Of a stretch of 64,000 nucleotides of DNA, positions 38,246 to 51,720 are shown piece after piece. The position numbers and the translations under genes are program-made. The notes beneath the pieces are model-generated. The model was not told where the DNA came from, did not search any database, and saw only the letters and a program-made list of their open reading frames with translations. Source of the stretch: Podarcis tiliguerta (taxonomy: Eukaryota); the NCBI GenBank assembly GCA_965153285.1, contig OZ229115.1. One strand, written 5' to 3'. How positions within the stretch are numbered: the first letter of the stretch is position 1; every line of letters starts with the position of its first letter.

Positions 38246-40991
38246 TGTTATGTGTTGCCTTGACATTGCAGGAAGGACTTTGTGGCTATTTAAAGTACTT
38301 CTCAGGTAGCCTCTATTAGGGAATCTAGTTCGTAGCATACTGAAAAAGCAGGCCCTCTTACACCCCACGGCATCAATTGAGGTGGTGGGGAAGTTGCCAC
38401 ATGTTTGTCCTTCCAGTCACATGGCTTCTCACTTTGATGTTTTGGGTCGGACCTCTCGTCACTGTTCTGATTTTATGCCCCTATTAATTTTTCCAATCTT
38501 CTTTCTAGTGCCATATGTCCCTGAAGATGTGAAGTTGCTTGATAGCATAACTTGTTCATTACACATGTTCCTTCTTTTTCCATACCAGTTTTTATGACCA
38601 ACGGCTCTACCTTTTCTTATCTTCTGTTGACTTCTCCCTTTCTACTCCAATATACATCTGGCCCCTTTTCACAGGAGTCTCTGCAGACTAGAACCTCTGG
38701 GGATAGGGAGGGATGCCTTTTGCTCTGAAAAAGCACCAGCCTATCTTCAAACCCTAAATGGTCATCTGTATGTGTTGAACTTTTTTCTTGTGGGATTATT
38801 TCTGCTGTGCAGGAGAGAGTTAGATTTAGAGCTTATCCAGATATTTGAAGTCCTGGGTGTTTTCTTTTTCCCTAGTCCCAGTGCAGTGTGCGCTGTAATC
38901 TGTCCAAATATAATGGATGAATGTGTAAGGTAGCTTAGTTGCAAAGGGATAGCCTGTTTGCTGTCTTGTTTTTTTTTCCTGACAAAAATTAATGGAGCAC
39001 TGGAGATGTGCATTTCAGCCACGGAGAAGGGCGTATATTTTTAGAACAATCTAAAAAATGGCAGACATTGATGTTAGAAGCTGTTTTTATGGATAGCTTC
39101 AAGCAAGGGTTGGCAGACCACAGGCTTGATAGATCTTTGTTTTTTAGTAGAACCATGAGAACCACCAGCCACATGCAGGTGCAAAATGGGGGCACAAGCA
39201 GGCTTCTGCAATCTGCACACTTCTCATTTAAGGCCTCTGAGCAGAGTAATTTGGTTTCAGGCCTAGAACTGATCTCTTGGTCATTTCACATGCAAATCCA
39301 GTCCTGGATACCCCTCAAACTGTCTTTCTCTCAGTAACTTGAATTTATAAAGGGTGTGTGTGTGGACTTTTAATGGCTTCTGTTGTTCAATATCTAGCAG
39401 TTAATTCCACCCCTGATAAATCACCTCAAGATTTGTCCATGGATCCTGATCTGCCTTCTGCCTATCTCTGACACACAGGACACACCAGTCAAGAAACTAG
39501 TCAATAACTTTATTAACTCTCTCAAAATAACAGAACAGGCACAGACGCTTCCTGCTACTAGTGCCACCTGGTGATTTAACTATATTGTGACACTGTCCAC
39601 AGAAGTGACCAGAATTTTGATGTTGACTTACTTTTTTGTTTTAGCACCACTTAGCTATACAGCGAGGGGATGCAGCCTCAGAAGTTTGGGGGATGGGAGT
39701 TATTATAATGCTAACCTTTTTAAAAGGCCACATAATGGAGCAAATACTTGAGGGTGTGTGTTTGTGTCTTGGCATTGTTGACATCAAACTTGCTATGCAT
39801 TATGTGCCCTGGTGAATGTTTGAAGTACTGTTCTTAATTGCATTAAACCCAATAACTTTTCCATGTGACATTATATTGTGTTCTAGAAAATTCAGTGTCC
39901 CTGAAACAGACACCCTTTGTTGATGGACGATGTCTGGATCACGTGCAATGAAAGAACAAGAGTTGAAGAGTTATATTCAGTTTTGATAAATGGATAACTT
40001 TGAAAGGCCAGTTATGATTTCCAATAATTGATTAATCTTCACAAAAGAATAAACTTCAGCAAAGAGCAAATCAATTTTGAAGGAGCTTTATCTTGGATTA
40101 TAATTATTGAAAAAATAATTAGGGATGTAGATTTGATCTAAGCATCTAAACTGGTATTATCAACAATTGATAGTAAAAGAAAACTACAAAAGAGCACTTA
40201 GTGTCTATTTAAAATGAGAATCATGTCCCACTCTGCTATGCCTCTTCATTGTGTGTGGCTGTATAATTGCATTTGTCATCTACATGCTGACATACTACAT
40301 ACTTTCAACCACAGTATTTAGAATTTGACAATTGACTGGTTTAGTGTTCTTTGCCCACAATGTAGAAGATTCCATGATTCCATGATTCAATGAAACAGAG
40401 TGTGTCATGGCTAATCTGCTGTTTACTACCCTTGGTCTTATGCGGTTAGAACCTTGAATTGCATAATGCAAAGGCCACCAAAATAAATAATTCTGGATTT
40501 CAGGGCCTGGACTCCTGAATCAGAAAACTGTCTTTACCACTATCAGTGCCCGGGAGGGATACTATTAGAGGACCATGAATGATCTGTCTATTTTCTGTTA
40601 CCAGATGCAAGAAACAAGCTTGTGTTAATAAAGCAAATGAGCTAATGTTTTCATCTGCCCTCATCTCTCCCTACTCCCTGTAGGGTTGGGGAAATGGATT
40701 GCTACAATTAGAGGACTCTTACAATTCTTGAGATAGTTCTATTTCTCAAACCTGTTCTGACATCTTTCTGTCTTACATATGTATTACTTCTGGAGGAGGA
40801 CCTGCTCTTGGGTAGGGCTGATACTAGGCAGCAGCATTTAGTATCTCCTAGGGGGAAACCTTCATGAGAGCTTAGCTTCCACATCATGTCTTTCCTGAGG
40901 GCATTTCTCAGTCTCATCTAATATTTCTTTGACTTGGGTGAAAGGTTTCTGAGAGTGACATTTGGAGCTTTTTGCTCTGGGGTTAAGCCTG

Positions 40992-41136
40992 TAGGGCTGC
41001 CATAACTTGAAGAGCAAAAAAGAGGACACATTTGCCAACTTCTACTTTTAACTATGGCTCAGTATGATGACTTTCATTTTACATACCCATGAAAAAGAAG
41101 ACATGTTCTGGAAAAAGAGGACACATGGCAACCCTA
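40992..41136. mobile_element. hAT Blackjack-type MITE
   Basis: TIRs tagggctgccata / catggcaacccta; internal aaaaagaggacacat repeats; TSD not evident. Confidence 0.6.
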
Positions 41137-41270
41137 GAAAGGGTACAACTGCATGCTCAGAAGGACATTCCTTTCATGCTTGGAAGATTATTTTTTTTAC
41201 TAGGTCCAAGGAAATGAAGGAGACTTCAGCTTCCCTATAAAGAAGGCAGTCCAGAACCTTTGCTTCCAGC

Positions 41271-41321
41271 CCCTCCCTCCCTCCCTCCCTCCCTCCCTTC
41301 CTTCCTTCATTCATTCCTTCC
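41271..41321. repeat. (CCCT)n/(CCTT)n tetranucleotide repeat
   Basis: Seen directly. Confidence 0.9.
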
Positions 41322-44088
41322 ATTTTTTCTGTCCTTTTCTTCATTGCCAGGTGATCCCAGGGTGACACACATGGTAAAAGTACACAAACAAAACACAAAA
41401 TTCATACCAAATAAACAATATAGTTCACTACATCTGCTCCTTTTAAAAATAAACCAGGGGGCTCCATATCTCATCCACCAACCCCAAGACCCCAAGGCTT
41501 AGAGAAAGAGAAAAGTGTTTTTTATCATTTTAATTTTGTTTAATAAAATAAAGCAAATATAAAGAGCAAAAAGCAATACAGTTTCAACAGGTTGAAAGCA
41601 GCACAAGGTTGGACATTATAATTGATCTTGTTCTAAAACATTACAAAAAATACCCCCAAAAACCTGTTGTGCTGGTTTATATGTATTTTTTTGTACTAAG
41701 TTACTTAAGCATAGTTACTATGGACCAAATTTTATCAATCTATTCAGATATAATAGGAAATTGGCTTCTCCCACTTCTACCTGCAGGATTCTCCTTTGCA
41801 TCCTGTCTATGAACAGAAGGAGCATATCTCTGATACGTTAGGATATCATATGCCCCTGGAAAATAAAATATTTCTGCTTAGTTAACTAAAATACATCATT
41901 CCAGAAAATGATGAAGAAATAGTGTTTAGCCTTATAACTTCTGTTAATATAACAGCTAAAAAATAGGAGGGGAACATTTTTCACCCATTTCCCTATTTCC
42001 CCATAAGTCCGCTGTGCTGCTTTTTGTGCTGCTTTCAAGAGTCCCCCAGCCCTCCCAAATACATTTGGAGGAACACCAAGGTGAATTGGCAAGAGATTCC
42101 CCTGTCCTCCACACACTACCAGGGGTGTTTTTAGCAGAAGTCTCCTCAAGGGATGCTCCCACCAGTGGGAGGAAACTTAGGCTCCTAGCCAGTATGTCCT
42201 GATGGTAGTTTTAAACAATGCTGTATTTTATTTTTAGAGAAAACTGTTCATGACTTAGAAAAACATTTTATTTTAAGTTCAATGGTGAAGTCTGAGTTTG
42301 TCTTTTGTGATCCAGAATGCTCTACTTCAATGCTACTTTGAGGACATCTGTGCCTAGGGCAGTAGAACTTTTTCTACTTGATAAATAATTGCCATGACTG
42401 CCCATAAAGTTTCATCAGTTTCAATGAATTGTAGAAGCTCATTTGTTCTGCAGAACATTTCCTTGGTTTCCTCCAGTTCATCTTTGGGTAACAGTGCTTA
42501 CTCCATGTTTTATATCCCCATGACAGTTTAATTGGGAGTTGGCTGATGGTTTGCCAATTCCTGTTGTACCTTGTTTGTCAAGTGCAGCAGTTCTTTTCTA
42601 CTATTGGTCTCCTTTCCACCTCTCATCTCTATTGGCTATGGGATATGAATGTCTGTGGGTGGGAATCTCCATAGAAATAACCTTTAATCTAGTCTTGTAA
42701 TAAAATATTCCTATGTCCTCTTATTTATTATTTGTTATCTTTTGCAGATCAAGTTGACTCGCCCCAGAGGTCACCAAGAACTTTTGCACATTACTTTTTT
42801 GTTAATATTATCTTTGACTTTTACTAGGAAATATGATACGGCTTCTGAAGTGGAGCAAAACCTCTTTTGTGAAACAGTCACTTAGGAATGTTTAACTGCA
42901 TTTACACAAGGATTCATGGCACTGAATGAAATCACAGTTTATGTAACAAAGACCTGCATGTGTCCAAGTACATAACTTTTTAGAGAAGAAAAGACCAAGA
43001 TGATGCATATTCCCTTTCTTTTTGAGTTTTCTATGAGTTCTTTATACTCCTGTCTGGAAGATTTCCGTAGTTTTGAAGGCTGCCCTGAATTTACTGTGGA
43101 GAAGAAAAATATTCACATGCTTAGAATTTGCTATCTCTGACATAAGTCTGCGAATAAGCTCTGAGACTACTGGTCCCCGTTCTCTTTTCTCTTTTTTTTG
43201 TCTCAGTCCTTGTTTATTCAGAAGATACATACAGGCAAAACAGTGGATTACTAACTCTTTCATTGCTAAGGTGATATGGAGCTGGCAGAGTGCCACTCAG
43301 AAATGTTCTGGATGTGAGCCCAGAAAAGAAGTTTCTGAGGGGTCTAGTCAAGCATTTTCATGGGAAAGGAAATTTTACTGAAAATGCAGTACCTGAATTA
43401 CATAACTTGCTAAACACTCTAAATCAAAGGATGGCATTCATGATTGAAGACTGTTTATATGAATGTTTGCTCCGTGAGAAAAATATAGAGCAATTGGCTA
43501 TAAAGTATCTTTATTGATATAATAGATGCATGGAAGTTAATCTAGTTAAGGCTTTCATGTTGGATATTATCTGTAAGAAATAGCAAGGAGAAATAAATAA
43601 TGTTGGTTGGCTGTTACAAACAGCCAGCCCATTAAGTAGTTGTGTGCAAACCATGGTAAGGCCACTGAGTAAACTGTCATCAAGACTCAGTTTGGGATGG
43701 GAGGTTCTTTTCTCCCCAGAAACCAAAATAATCACTGTACAGGTGAACTGTGGCATCACTTCTCATCTACACCTACCTGTTCCTCTGTGATATTTTTCTG
43801 GGAAAGTTATTATCCGTTGTCTATTGTGTATATATACACACACGCATATCCCAAGGGCCTTACAAGGGCACTCCAGTATTCAGATTGTGACCCAAAGAAA
43901 CTCACACTGTGCTCTTGTGCATTTCAGAAAACATGTTTGTTTCTGGGCCAACTCTACTAGGCAAGAGAGCTGTCTTCTAGCAGAATAGAACTAGGGTTGT
44001 AATGGTAAATAGTTCCCCTAGCATATTTCAGCTATATTCTGCCCAGACAGTCCTTTTAATTCCATAAGGGTTTATTCCTTAAACATTA

Positions 44089-44441
44089 CGGGGTTTTTTC
44101 TATGTATAAGATGACCTTTTTTCTGATTTTTTTGTGATAAATTGAGGGTCGTCTTATACACGGGTTAATATTCTAGGTGAGCGAGGGTTGGTGCTACAGC
44201 GGTAGCAGGGAAATGTCAGAGAGGAGGCAGCTTACCTGCTCTTCCCGGCTTAGGAAGAGTATTTGGTGATTGCCAGTATGTGGTGTATTATGGCACCAGT
44301 TCCGATAGCCAGAGCGGGGGATCATCAAAAAGCTGCTCAACAGCTCAGCGAACTTACAAAAGAAGCTCCACAACTGTTGAGGGCTCCCAAAAATAGGGGT
44401 TGTCTTATACATGGGGTCGTGTTATACACAGAAAAATACAG
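44089..44441. mobile_element. Tc1/mariner Tc2-type MITE
   Basis: Termini ...tttttctatgtataagatgac / gtcgtgttatacacagaaaaatacag; repeated gtcttatac subterminal motifs; TA flanks. Confidence 0.7.
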
Positions 44442-44500
44442 TAATCTGTAATCTGCAGACATGTATACACGTAGGTCCCAAGGAAATGTTGTAACAGTCC

Positions 44501-44757
44501 TAGAATCATAGAATTGTAGAGTTGGAAGGGACCCAGAGGGTCATCTAGTCCAACCTCCTGCGATGTAGGAATCTCAACTAGATTATACATGACAGATGGC
44601 CATCCAACCTCTGCTTAAAAAAACTCCAAAGGAGGAGAGGCCACCACCTCTTGTGGGAGTCTGTTCCACTGTGGAGCAACTCTGACTGTCAGAAATTATT
44701 CCTGATGTTTAGTCAAAATCTCCTTTCTTGTAACTTGAATCCATTGGTTCAGGTCCG
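44501..44757 (-). mobile_element. CR1 LINE 3' end
   Basis: agaatcatagaat tail (ATTCTATG on the minus strand) and gggtcatctagtccaacc hairpin region. Confidence 0.9.
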
Positions 44758-46403
44758 TTTCCAGTAAGAGAATGATCAGAGAGATTAGTCTGAACTCTCA
44801 CCAATATAATGAATTCCCTAACTCTCCGAATATATTGAAACTGTGAAACAGGTTTCTCAAACTAGAAACTTTTAATGAACATTGGCATGGGCACACCACG
44901 TTTTGTAGAACTGCTTGTCTCAGACATTAGAAGGCAAGATTCAGAAACAGGAGGCTAAAAGCTAATACCAGTGAACCTCAACGGAAGGTTGCCTTGGAGC
45001 CAGGGTTAACCATATATTACTATTATCCAAAAATGCAAAGAATCTAGATTCATTCATGTTCTTTCTGTGTTGTCTTATTAGGAAACTTGAAATCAATTAA
45101 CCTAATCAGTTAGGTTTGGCTGATTGGCCACCAAAATTCCCATTGCGAACTGAGGCTATGACAGGTAAGGTGGTACATACAGAGAGAGCAAATGGATGGA
45201 ATTTATGCATAGAGCATGAGTCAATTCCCGTAACCAGCAGTGTACAGGCATATTTCTAGAACTCTACCACAAATGTGTACGTAGCCCCTTAGCATAGAAG
45301 TGGGCTGTACCTCTTATTCTTTTAATGAGAGCAGACATTATAGGTTCCACAAAAAGGAATGTTGTCAGGTAGCAGCTGAAGTTGTAGTATCTGTGTTCTT
45401 TGGTTTGACTTGTGTGTACAATTTTTCATAATTATGCTTGTGGAGTATTTAGTCCGTTTTGTGGTTTGGCCCCTGAGGAATACACACTAGAGACAAATTA
45501 GTTTCCTTCTCTCTGTGTAAACATGTGGATGCAGCTGGAAAATGTGAAGGTGGATGGATTGTACATGCATTTGCTCTTTCTGCTGTGTTGTCTGTTTGGG
45601 TGGTCTGTTGGGAGCTGGGCAATTAGACTAAGCATTTCTCACTTAACTGTCCAGCAGTTAAACTCCTAGATGTTCAGAGGAAAGTTCCATATTTGTGCCA
45701 GTGTTTAGCTTGGCATGAAAAGTGTGTAGTTTATTGAGCTTGCTGTGCTTGGCTGTAAGTCTGTTTGTGTTATTTCTGCTACACTTTTATTATTAAATCG
45801 TTGGCAGTGGTAGGTTCTCATTTGAAACTAGGGTGCCCTATAGCTTAGAAGAATTTTTATCTCTCTTGACCCAAGGCCTAGTGTGCTTTGTGGTATGAGG
45901 GGAAATTGTTTTCTTGTACTTGTGATATGCTAGGGTTATCTGTGACACATTGCACTATGCTGTACAAAGAAAGTTAGTCACATGTTTTCATATTTTTGTT
46001 CCCTATGTTCTTAATGTTTCTACTTTCCTTATTTGAGTAAGATAGCTCTGCTTGATTCGTTTCAGATGGGCAGGAGTTCCTCTTCACATCTCTTAGTATA
46101 GCAAGGTCAAGTTTTCCTAATCATTCATTGGTCAGTGTTCTCATGCAGTGAATGCTTTTGTTGCCCTTTATTTCAGGTGTAGCTTTCTCTATGATATCCA
46201 GAATAGCAACAGGTCCCAAACCTTTGTTAAGATTGATGCACTCATTAGCATATTTGTTTGAATTGTTCTTTCTTAATACTTACCTATAATTTTTTTTAAA
46301 AGGGTGAAATTTCTCAGTTTTTGATGCATGGAATAAAACATTTTTACCTCTTTTTTATTACCCCTATACTTGAAATTTGAAATATTTGCAGTATCTACTT
46401 GAC

Positions 46404-46539
46404 CAGGCATAGGCAAACTCGGCCCTCCAGATGTTTTGAAACTACAACTCCCATCATCCCTGACCACTGGTCTTGTTAGCGAGGGATGATGGGAGTTGTA
46501 GTCCCAAAACATCTGGAGGGCTGAGTTTGCCTATGCCTG
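46404..46539. mobile_element. Young 136-bp palindromic hAT MITE
   Basis: Near-perfect ~58-bp arms (caggcataggcaaactc... / ...gagtttgcctatgcctg); perfect 8-bp TSD tacttgac at 46396-46403 and 46540-46547. Confidence 0.95.
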
Positions 46540-46835
46540 TACTTGACTATCAATGGCAAATTTGGGTGGCCTTTTAGGCTACAAAGTATATATTATCATG
46601 CAAGCACAACATTAATTATTGTTGAATATGTATGATATAATTGACTTTCTTATAAATCAATCTGAGAACTGATTATTCAAATTTTCTGTATATATGAGTT
46701 TCTTTTTCAGTTATGAGTCTGAAGAATCTTCAGCTTGTGAATGTGGATCTCCCATCTTCCTCTGTACGCTCTTATGACAATTGCACCACACATATGTGTA
46801 TCAGTAATAGACATTTTGAGATACTTTTTTAAACA

Positions 46836-47992
46836 TAGAAGTGGTAAGAGTACTCCTTAAGAAGCCCTCATTGGATTAGGAAAATCTAAGTAATTACTGG
46901 CCAGTTGCCTATCTCCCCATCTTGGGCAAGGTTCTTGAGTGGGTGGTCATGGATAAGATCCAAGTGCTCTTGGAGGAAGCTGATTTTCTAGATCCATTTC
47001 AGTTGGGGTTTTGGCCCGGTTTTGGCACAGAAACTGCTTTGGTCACCCTATATAAAGACCTTTGTTGGGAGAGAGACAGGAAAAATATGTCCTTGGTCAT
47101 TCTTCTTGACTTCATCTGGAGCGGCTATCAGAGTAGGCAGTGGGTGGCATTCCTTTGCAGTGGTTCCAGTCCTACTTGGACAGTCTTCCAGAAGGTGATG
47201 CTTGAAGAGTGCTCTTTGACCCCATGGAGGCTTCATTGTGGGGTTTCCCATGCTGTTTAACATCTACATGAAACTGTTGAGTGGGTTCATCTGCAGCTTT
47301 GGAGTCTGTTGTCAATAATACGCTGATGACACACAGCTCTCCTTCTCCTTTACCATTGTCTTTCCTTGGTAATGGACTGGATGACAGCCAAAAAATTGAT
47401 GCTCAATGCAGATAAGACTGAACCACTGTTAGTGGGTAGTTCTCTACACTGGATGGATGGGAGGTTGCCTGCTCCTGATGGGGTTGCTCTCCTTTTGAAA
47501 GAGTGGGTATGTAGCTTGGGGATACTCTTGGAACCTTTGCTGTTGCTTGATGCTAAATTGGGTTTGGTGGCATGGCCCAGCTGTGCCCCTATCTGCACAG
47601 CGAGAGCCTAACTTCTGTTGTTAATTACTCTGGTAACCTGTAAGTTAGATTACTGCAACACATTATATGTGGTGCTGCCTCTGAAGATGGTTTGGAAACT
47701 TCAGCTGGTGCAGAATTCGGCAGCCAGGTTGCTCACCGGGGCAATAATATGTTTGAGCATATTAGACTGATCCTGGCCTGACTGTTGCTTGTAAGCTAGT
47801 TTCCAGGTCCGATTCAAAGTGCTGCTTTTGACCTATAAAGCCTTAAACAGCCCAGAACTTCAATACCTCAAGCACCACCTCTCCCCATATAAACTGACCT
47901 GGACTGCTCAATCATCATCTGAGGCCCTTCTTCATGTGCTTCCTCCATGAGAAGTCCAGAGGGTGGCAACACAAGAACATGCCTTTTCTGCA
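46836..47992 (+). mobile_element. L2 LINE reverse-transcriptase pseudogenic fragment
   Basis: LDPFQLGF.PGFGTETALV, LILLD, YADDTQL (47319-47339), LNADKTE and LDYCN motifs, with frameshifts, stops and internal deletions. Confidence 0.92.
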
Positions 47993-48224
47993 GTTCAAAG
48001 GGTCAGAGTATGGCTCTTCAATAAGTAACAAGAGTAGAATGTATTGCTACAGTAAAGGGTCACTAGGGGTCTGTTGGGTTTAATAGGTCTGAAGGAAGCT
48101 TAAAATTCAATTTGCATAATGTATGACACTTGGTTGTTTGCATCAAATTTATATTGATGCCCACAAGATTTTGTATGGTATTGCAACAAATGACTGAGAT
48201 ATCTACCCATGTAGAACCCCACCC

Positions 48225-48592
48225 GGGGGACGCGGGTGGTGCTGTGGGTTAAACCACAGAGCCTAGGACTAGTCAATCAGAAGGTCGGCGGTTCGAATCC
48301 CCACGACGGGGTGAGTTCCTGTTGCTTGGTCCCTGCTCCTGCCAACCTAGCAGTTCGAAAGCACGTCAAAGTGCAAGTAGATAAATAGGTACCGCTCCGG
48401 CGGGAAGGTAAACAGCATTTCCGTGCGCTGCTCTGGTTTGCCAGAAGTGGCTTAGTCATGCTGGCCACATGACCTGGAAGCTGTCTGCGAACAAACGCCA
48501 GCTCCCTCGGCCAATAAAGCGAGATGAGCGCTGCAACCCCAGAGTCGGTCATGACTGGACCTAATGTTCAGGGGTCCCTTTACCTTTACCTT
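48225..48592 (+). mobile_element. Full-length Sauria (Squam1) SINE
   Basis: gggacgcgggtgg head, ggttcgaatccc B box, (ACCTTT)n tail; 13-bp TSD tagaaccccaccc at 48212-48224 and 48593-48605. Confidence 0.95.
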
Positions 48593-49688
48593 TAGAACCC
48601 CACCCAAAGTGACTGGTGCCTGTTAAGAGTATCATTGCTCAGGAGATACATAGCAAATCCACAATGCTTAATCTTTAGTTGAAGGCACTGGAATTTTAGA
48701 GTGTTCAGAACTTCCAGTCTTAAGCTGTATTTCATTTATATTCCTTGGAACTGTGCTTAGACAAGGCTACTTTTTGCCTGTTGCAGACTTTGTGTTGATC
48801 ATGGGATTTATTCAACTGTTTCCTGCATGATTTTACCTCTTGCAGCCCAAATGTGTAGATAATATGGATCAGGGAAAGTATATAACACTTGCTTTCAGAT
48901 TTGCACTCATTCAGTGTTAATGATTTGTCTTCTCAATAACCTTCCTAAAGGAAATTTTAATTATATAGTATGTCTTGTAATTAAAATGCTGTTTCTCAAA
49001 ATGCAGTATTGTTGGCTTGAAAATGTGACATTATTATCTTGTCTTTTTAAAAGAATGTTGTGTTTTTGCTGGGGTATGGTGAGGTGATGGAATTCATTTG
49101 AAAGTTTATTTGACTTGATGAGAAGGTGTAAATGCAGCCTGTAAATTTTGCACATCAGCACTTGAAGCAGCTGGAAGCTGGGCTGCTACTGTTCCTCCTT
49201 TGCTAGGCAGGAATGCAATTTGGATTGAAACCTCTGTAAGACTTGAGACTGCCAAATGGAACAGGATGGGAGGTTGTTGATACTCCCTTCTGCTATACCC
49301 TTTTGAGTAAAAATGCAAGGGTTAAATGTAGTTCTTGGCTATGCTTTATAAATTTGCATGACAACTCACATTCAGGACCAAGTTGAAAGAAGTATGTGTG
49401 TATATAGCCAATGCAAGTGCGTCTTTATTCTTTTTTGTAGGTTCTTTATGTAAAATAGTCTATTTAATTCTGATTTTAGAAATTAAGAAACCAGAAATTA
49501 TTCATCTGGTGGTACATTTAACAAGAACTTCTTGATTTATTAACCATGCTGTCATATCCAGTTTCTAACCTTTTGTGCCCTTCACAAGAGATTATCTTTT
49601 TTAAAAGTTTCTGCTCTCTTGTAGGACACCTGATGATGAAAAGTTGTATTGCCTTAATTACCTGAACTCTCCTGCTTTTGTCTTTCAG

Positions 49689-49731
49689 AATATGACAAAC
49701 TGGGATTTCTCCTGCAGCTGGATTCCAGACT
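49689..49731 (+). CDS. ST3GAL3: ST3GAL3 43-nt stem exon
   Basis: ttttgtctttcag| acceptor; (E)YDKLGFLLQLDSR(L) vs human EYDRLGFLLNLDSKL; donor CT|gtgagt; phase 1 to 2. Confidence 0.96.
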
Positions 49732-50340
49732 GTGAGTAGAACTGTGGAAAGGCTTTTTATTGATCTAGCATTATTAGTTTCCGCTGGAGACAAAATAGAT
49801 TCTGATCCCTAGCTCTGTAGGGTAGTGCTCAGTAGTATGGCACAATATTAACAGAGCTGGTTGGCAGCTTCTTCCTATTTTGCTCACAACTTTTCTCTTG
49901 GTCAATAAGATACACAATTGCACTTTTTGTTGTTGATAGCTGATTGCACTGCACAGTATCTTCTCAGGAATAAGACCAATGGTGGTAACCTATACTCCCG
50001 CTCCCCAATTTGGCCACTGTATTTTTTTTAATGTTGTTTTTATTAGTACTGAAAAGCAGCTTGTGCTGTTGAGCCCTGTCATAGCTCTGGTATTTCAACC
50101 TCTTCACCAAGACTAGTGTGACCATAGGGATGTGATCTCCCTCTCTATCTGCTCATCGGATCAATCTGACCTGATGAATATTCATATCTGTTCTTCAGTA
50201 AGGTACATCACCTTGCCTTGTGTATGTCATAAACTTTAAAATTAGAGCTAAATTTGTAAAATGACAGATCACATTCCCTGAACAGGTTTCAAAGGGCAGA
50301 AGCTTAATATTGTTTTAGATGTGAGTACTCCATAGTTGAT

Positions 50341-50696
50341 GGGAAGCGGGTGGCACTGTGGGTTAAACCACGGAGCCTAGGACTTGCCGATCGAAGGTCA
50401 GTGGTTCGATTCCCCATGACGGGGTGAGTTCCTGTTGCCCAGTCCCTGTTCCTGCCAACCTAGCAGTTTGAAAGCACATCAAAAAGTACAAGTAGATAAA
50501 TAGGTACCTGTCCGCCGGGAAGGTAAACGGCGTTTCCATGCGCTGCTCTGGTTTGCCAGAAGCGGCTTAGTCATGCTGGCCACATGACCCAGAAGCTGTA
50601 CGCCGGCTCCCTTGGCCAATAAAGCGAGATGAGTGCCGCAGCCCCAGAGTCGGTCACGATTGGACCTAATGGTCAGGGGTCCCTTTACCTTTACCT
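50341..50696 (+). mobile_element. Full-length Sauria (Squam1) SINE
   Basis: Same family; 14-bp TSD tactccatagttga at 50326-50339 and 50697-50710. Confidence 0.95.
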
Positions 50697-51475
50697 TACT
50701 CCATAGTTGACTGAAAAAGTCAACCTGTGCTGTCAGGCTTACAGTCTAGAAATACATGACACAAAATGAAAATGGAATGGAAGTGGGGAGAAAATAAGCA
50801 AGCTACAAGTTTTTAGTTACAAGTTGTTCTAATGACCAGATGGCGAGCGGATGTGTTAAGAAATTGCTGCTCTCACATATAACTAAGGAATGGATCTGCA
50901 TTCCTACTCTTGCTTTTGCTGGAGCCTGATGTAATGGCTGCTGCCAGGTGACTGTCAATGGAGGACAGAGCCTGGCTTCTCAGCAGAATTGGTTGTGGCC
51001 CAGCATCCTTTCTTTTCCTTCCCCTGTTGTAGCCTGATATTAATGGCTGCTGCCAAGTGACAGTTGAACTGTAGAATGAGCTGTCATTCAAAACACCTGA
51101 AGGGCACCAGGGTGGGAATGGCTGTAGTAAGGGCATACACAGTTATCTGAATAATGCAGTGACAAGTTACAGAGGAAATGGTAGAATTAAATTTTCTCAA
51201 GCAACTTCATTCAAACTAATTGTAAGTGCTTGTCCTACACACAAAGTAAACTTGGGGGGGGAATTAAATTTGAACAATTGCCAGCAATTGTGTTTAATAT
51301 TGTGCTTTTTCTGTTGCTTCATTTCAGGTTACTATTTAATAGCCAGTGTAGAAGTATAAAACAGGTGTGAAATGAAGACTAGATTGAAGTAAGCCATAAC
51401 CAGTGATAAGGTGCAGAGAACTATGTTAGTCTGTAGCAGTAAGAAGTTATAATAACAAAGTGTGGCACTATGAGG

Positions 51476-51720
51476 CATGGGTAGGGAACTGTTTCCAGCT
51501 GGCAGAATGGCTGCTAAGATTGTCTAACCCCTGTGGGCCATTTTGGCATTCTGTCAGGTGGCACATTTTCCTTTGCCCTTGCAGTTTGAAATCAAAACAT
51601 ACGGCTAAAGGCAAAGAACTTAACAAGTACTGCTGATCAGGTGGCAGGTAGGCAGGAAAATGGCCTTCTGGCCAAAATGAACCCTATTTAGGCCCACAGG
51701 TCAGAAGTTCCCCACCACTG
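51476..51720. mobile_element. hAT MITE inserted in a Penelope-like remnant
   Basis: TIRs catgggtagggaact / agttccccaccactg; TSD ctatgagg / ctataagg. The flank tgttagtctgtagcag...tgtggcac resembles a reverse Penelope terminus. Confidence 0.75.

Noticed and set aside
42749-42770. Candidate micro-exon after the strong acceptor tcttttgcag
   Set aside because: Donor gtcacc is poor and 22 nt would shift the frame.
46922-47611. RT-like ORFs as a functional or domesticated gene
   Set aside because: Frameshifts, stops and internal deletions indicate a dead L2 copy.
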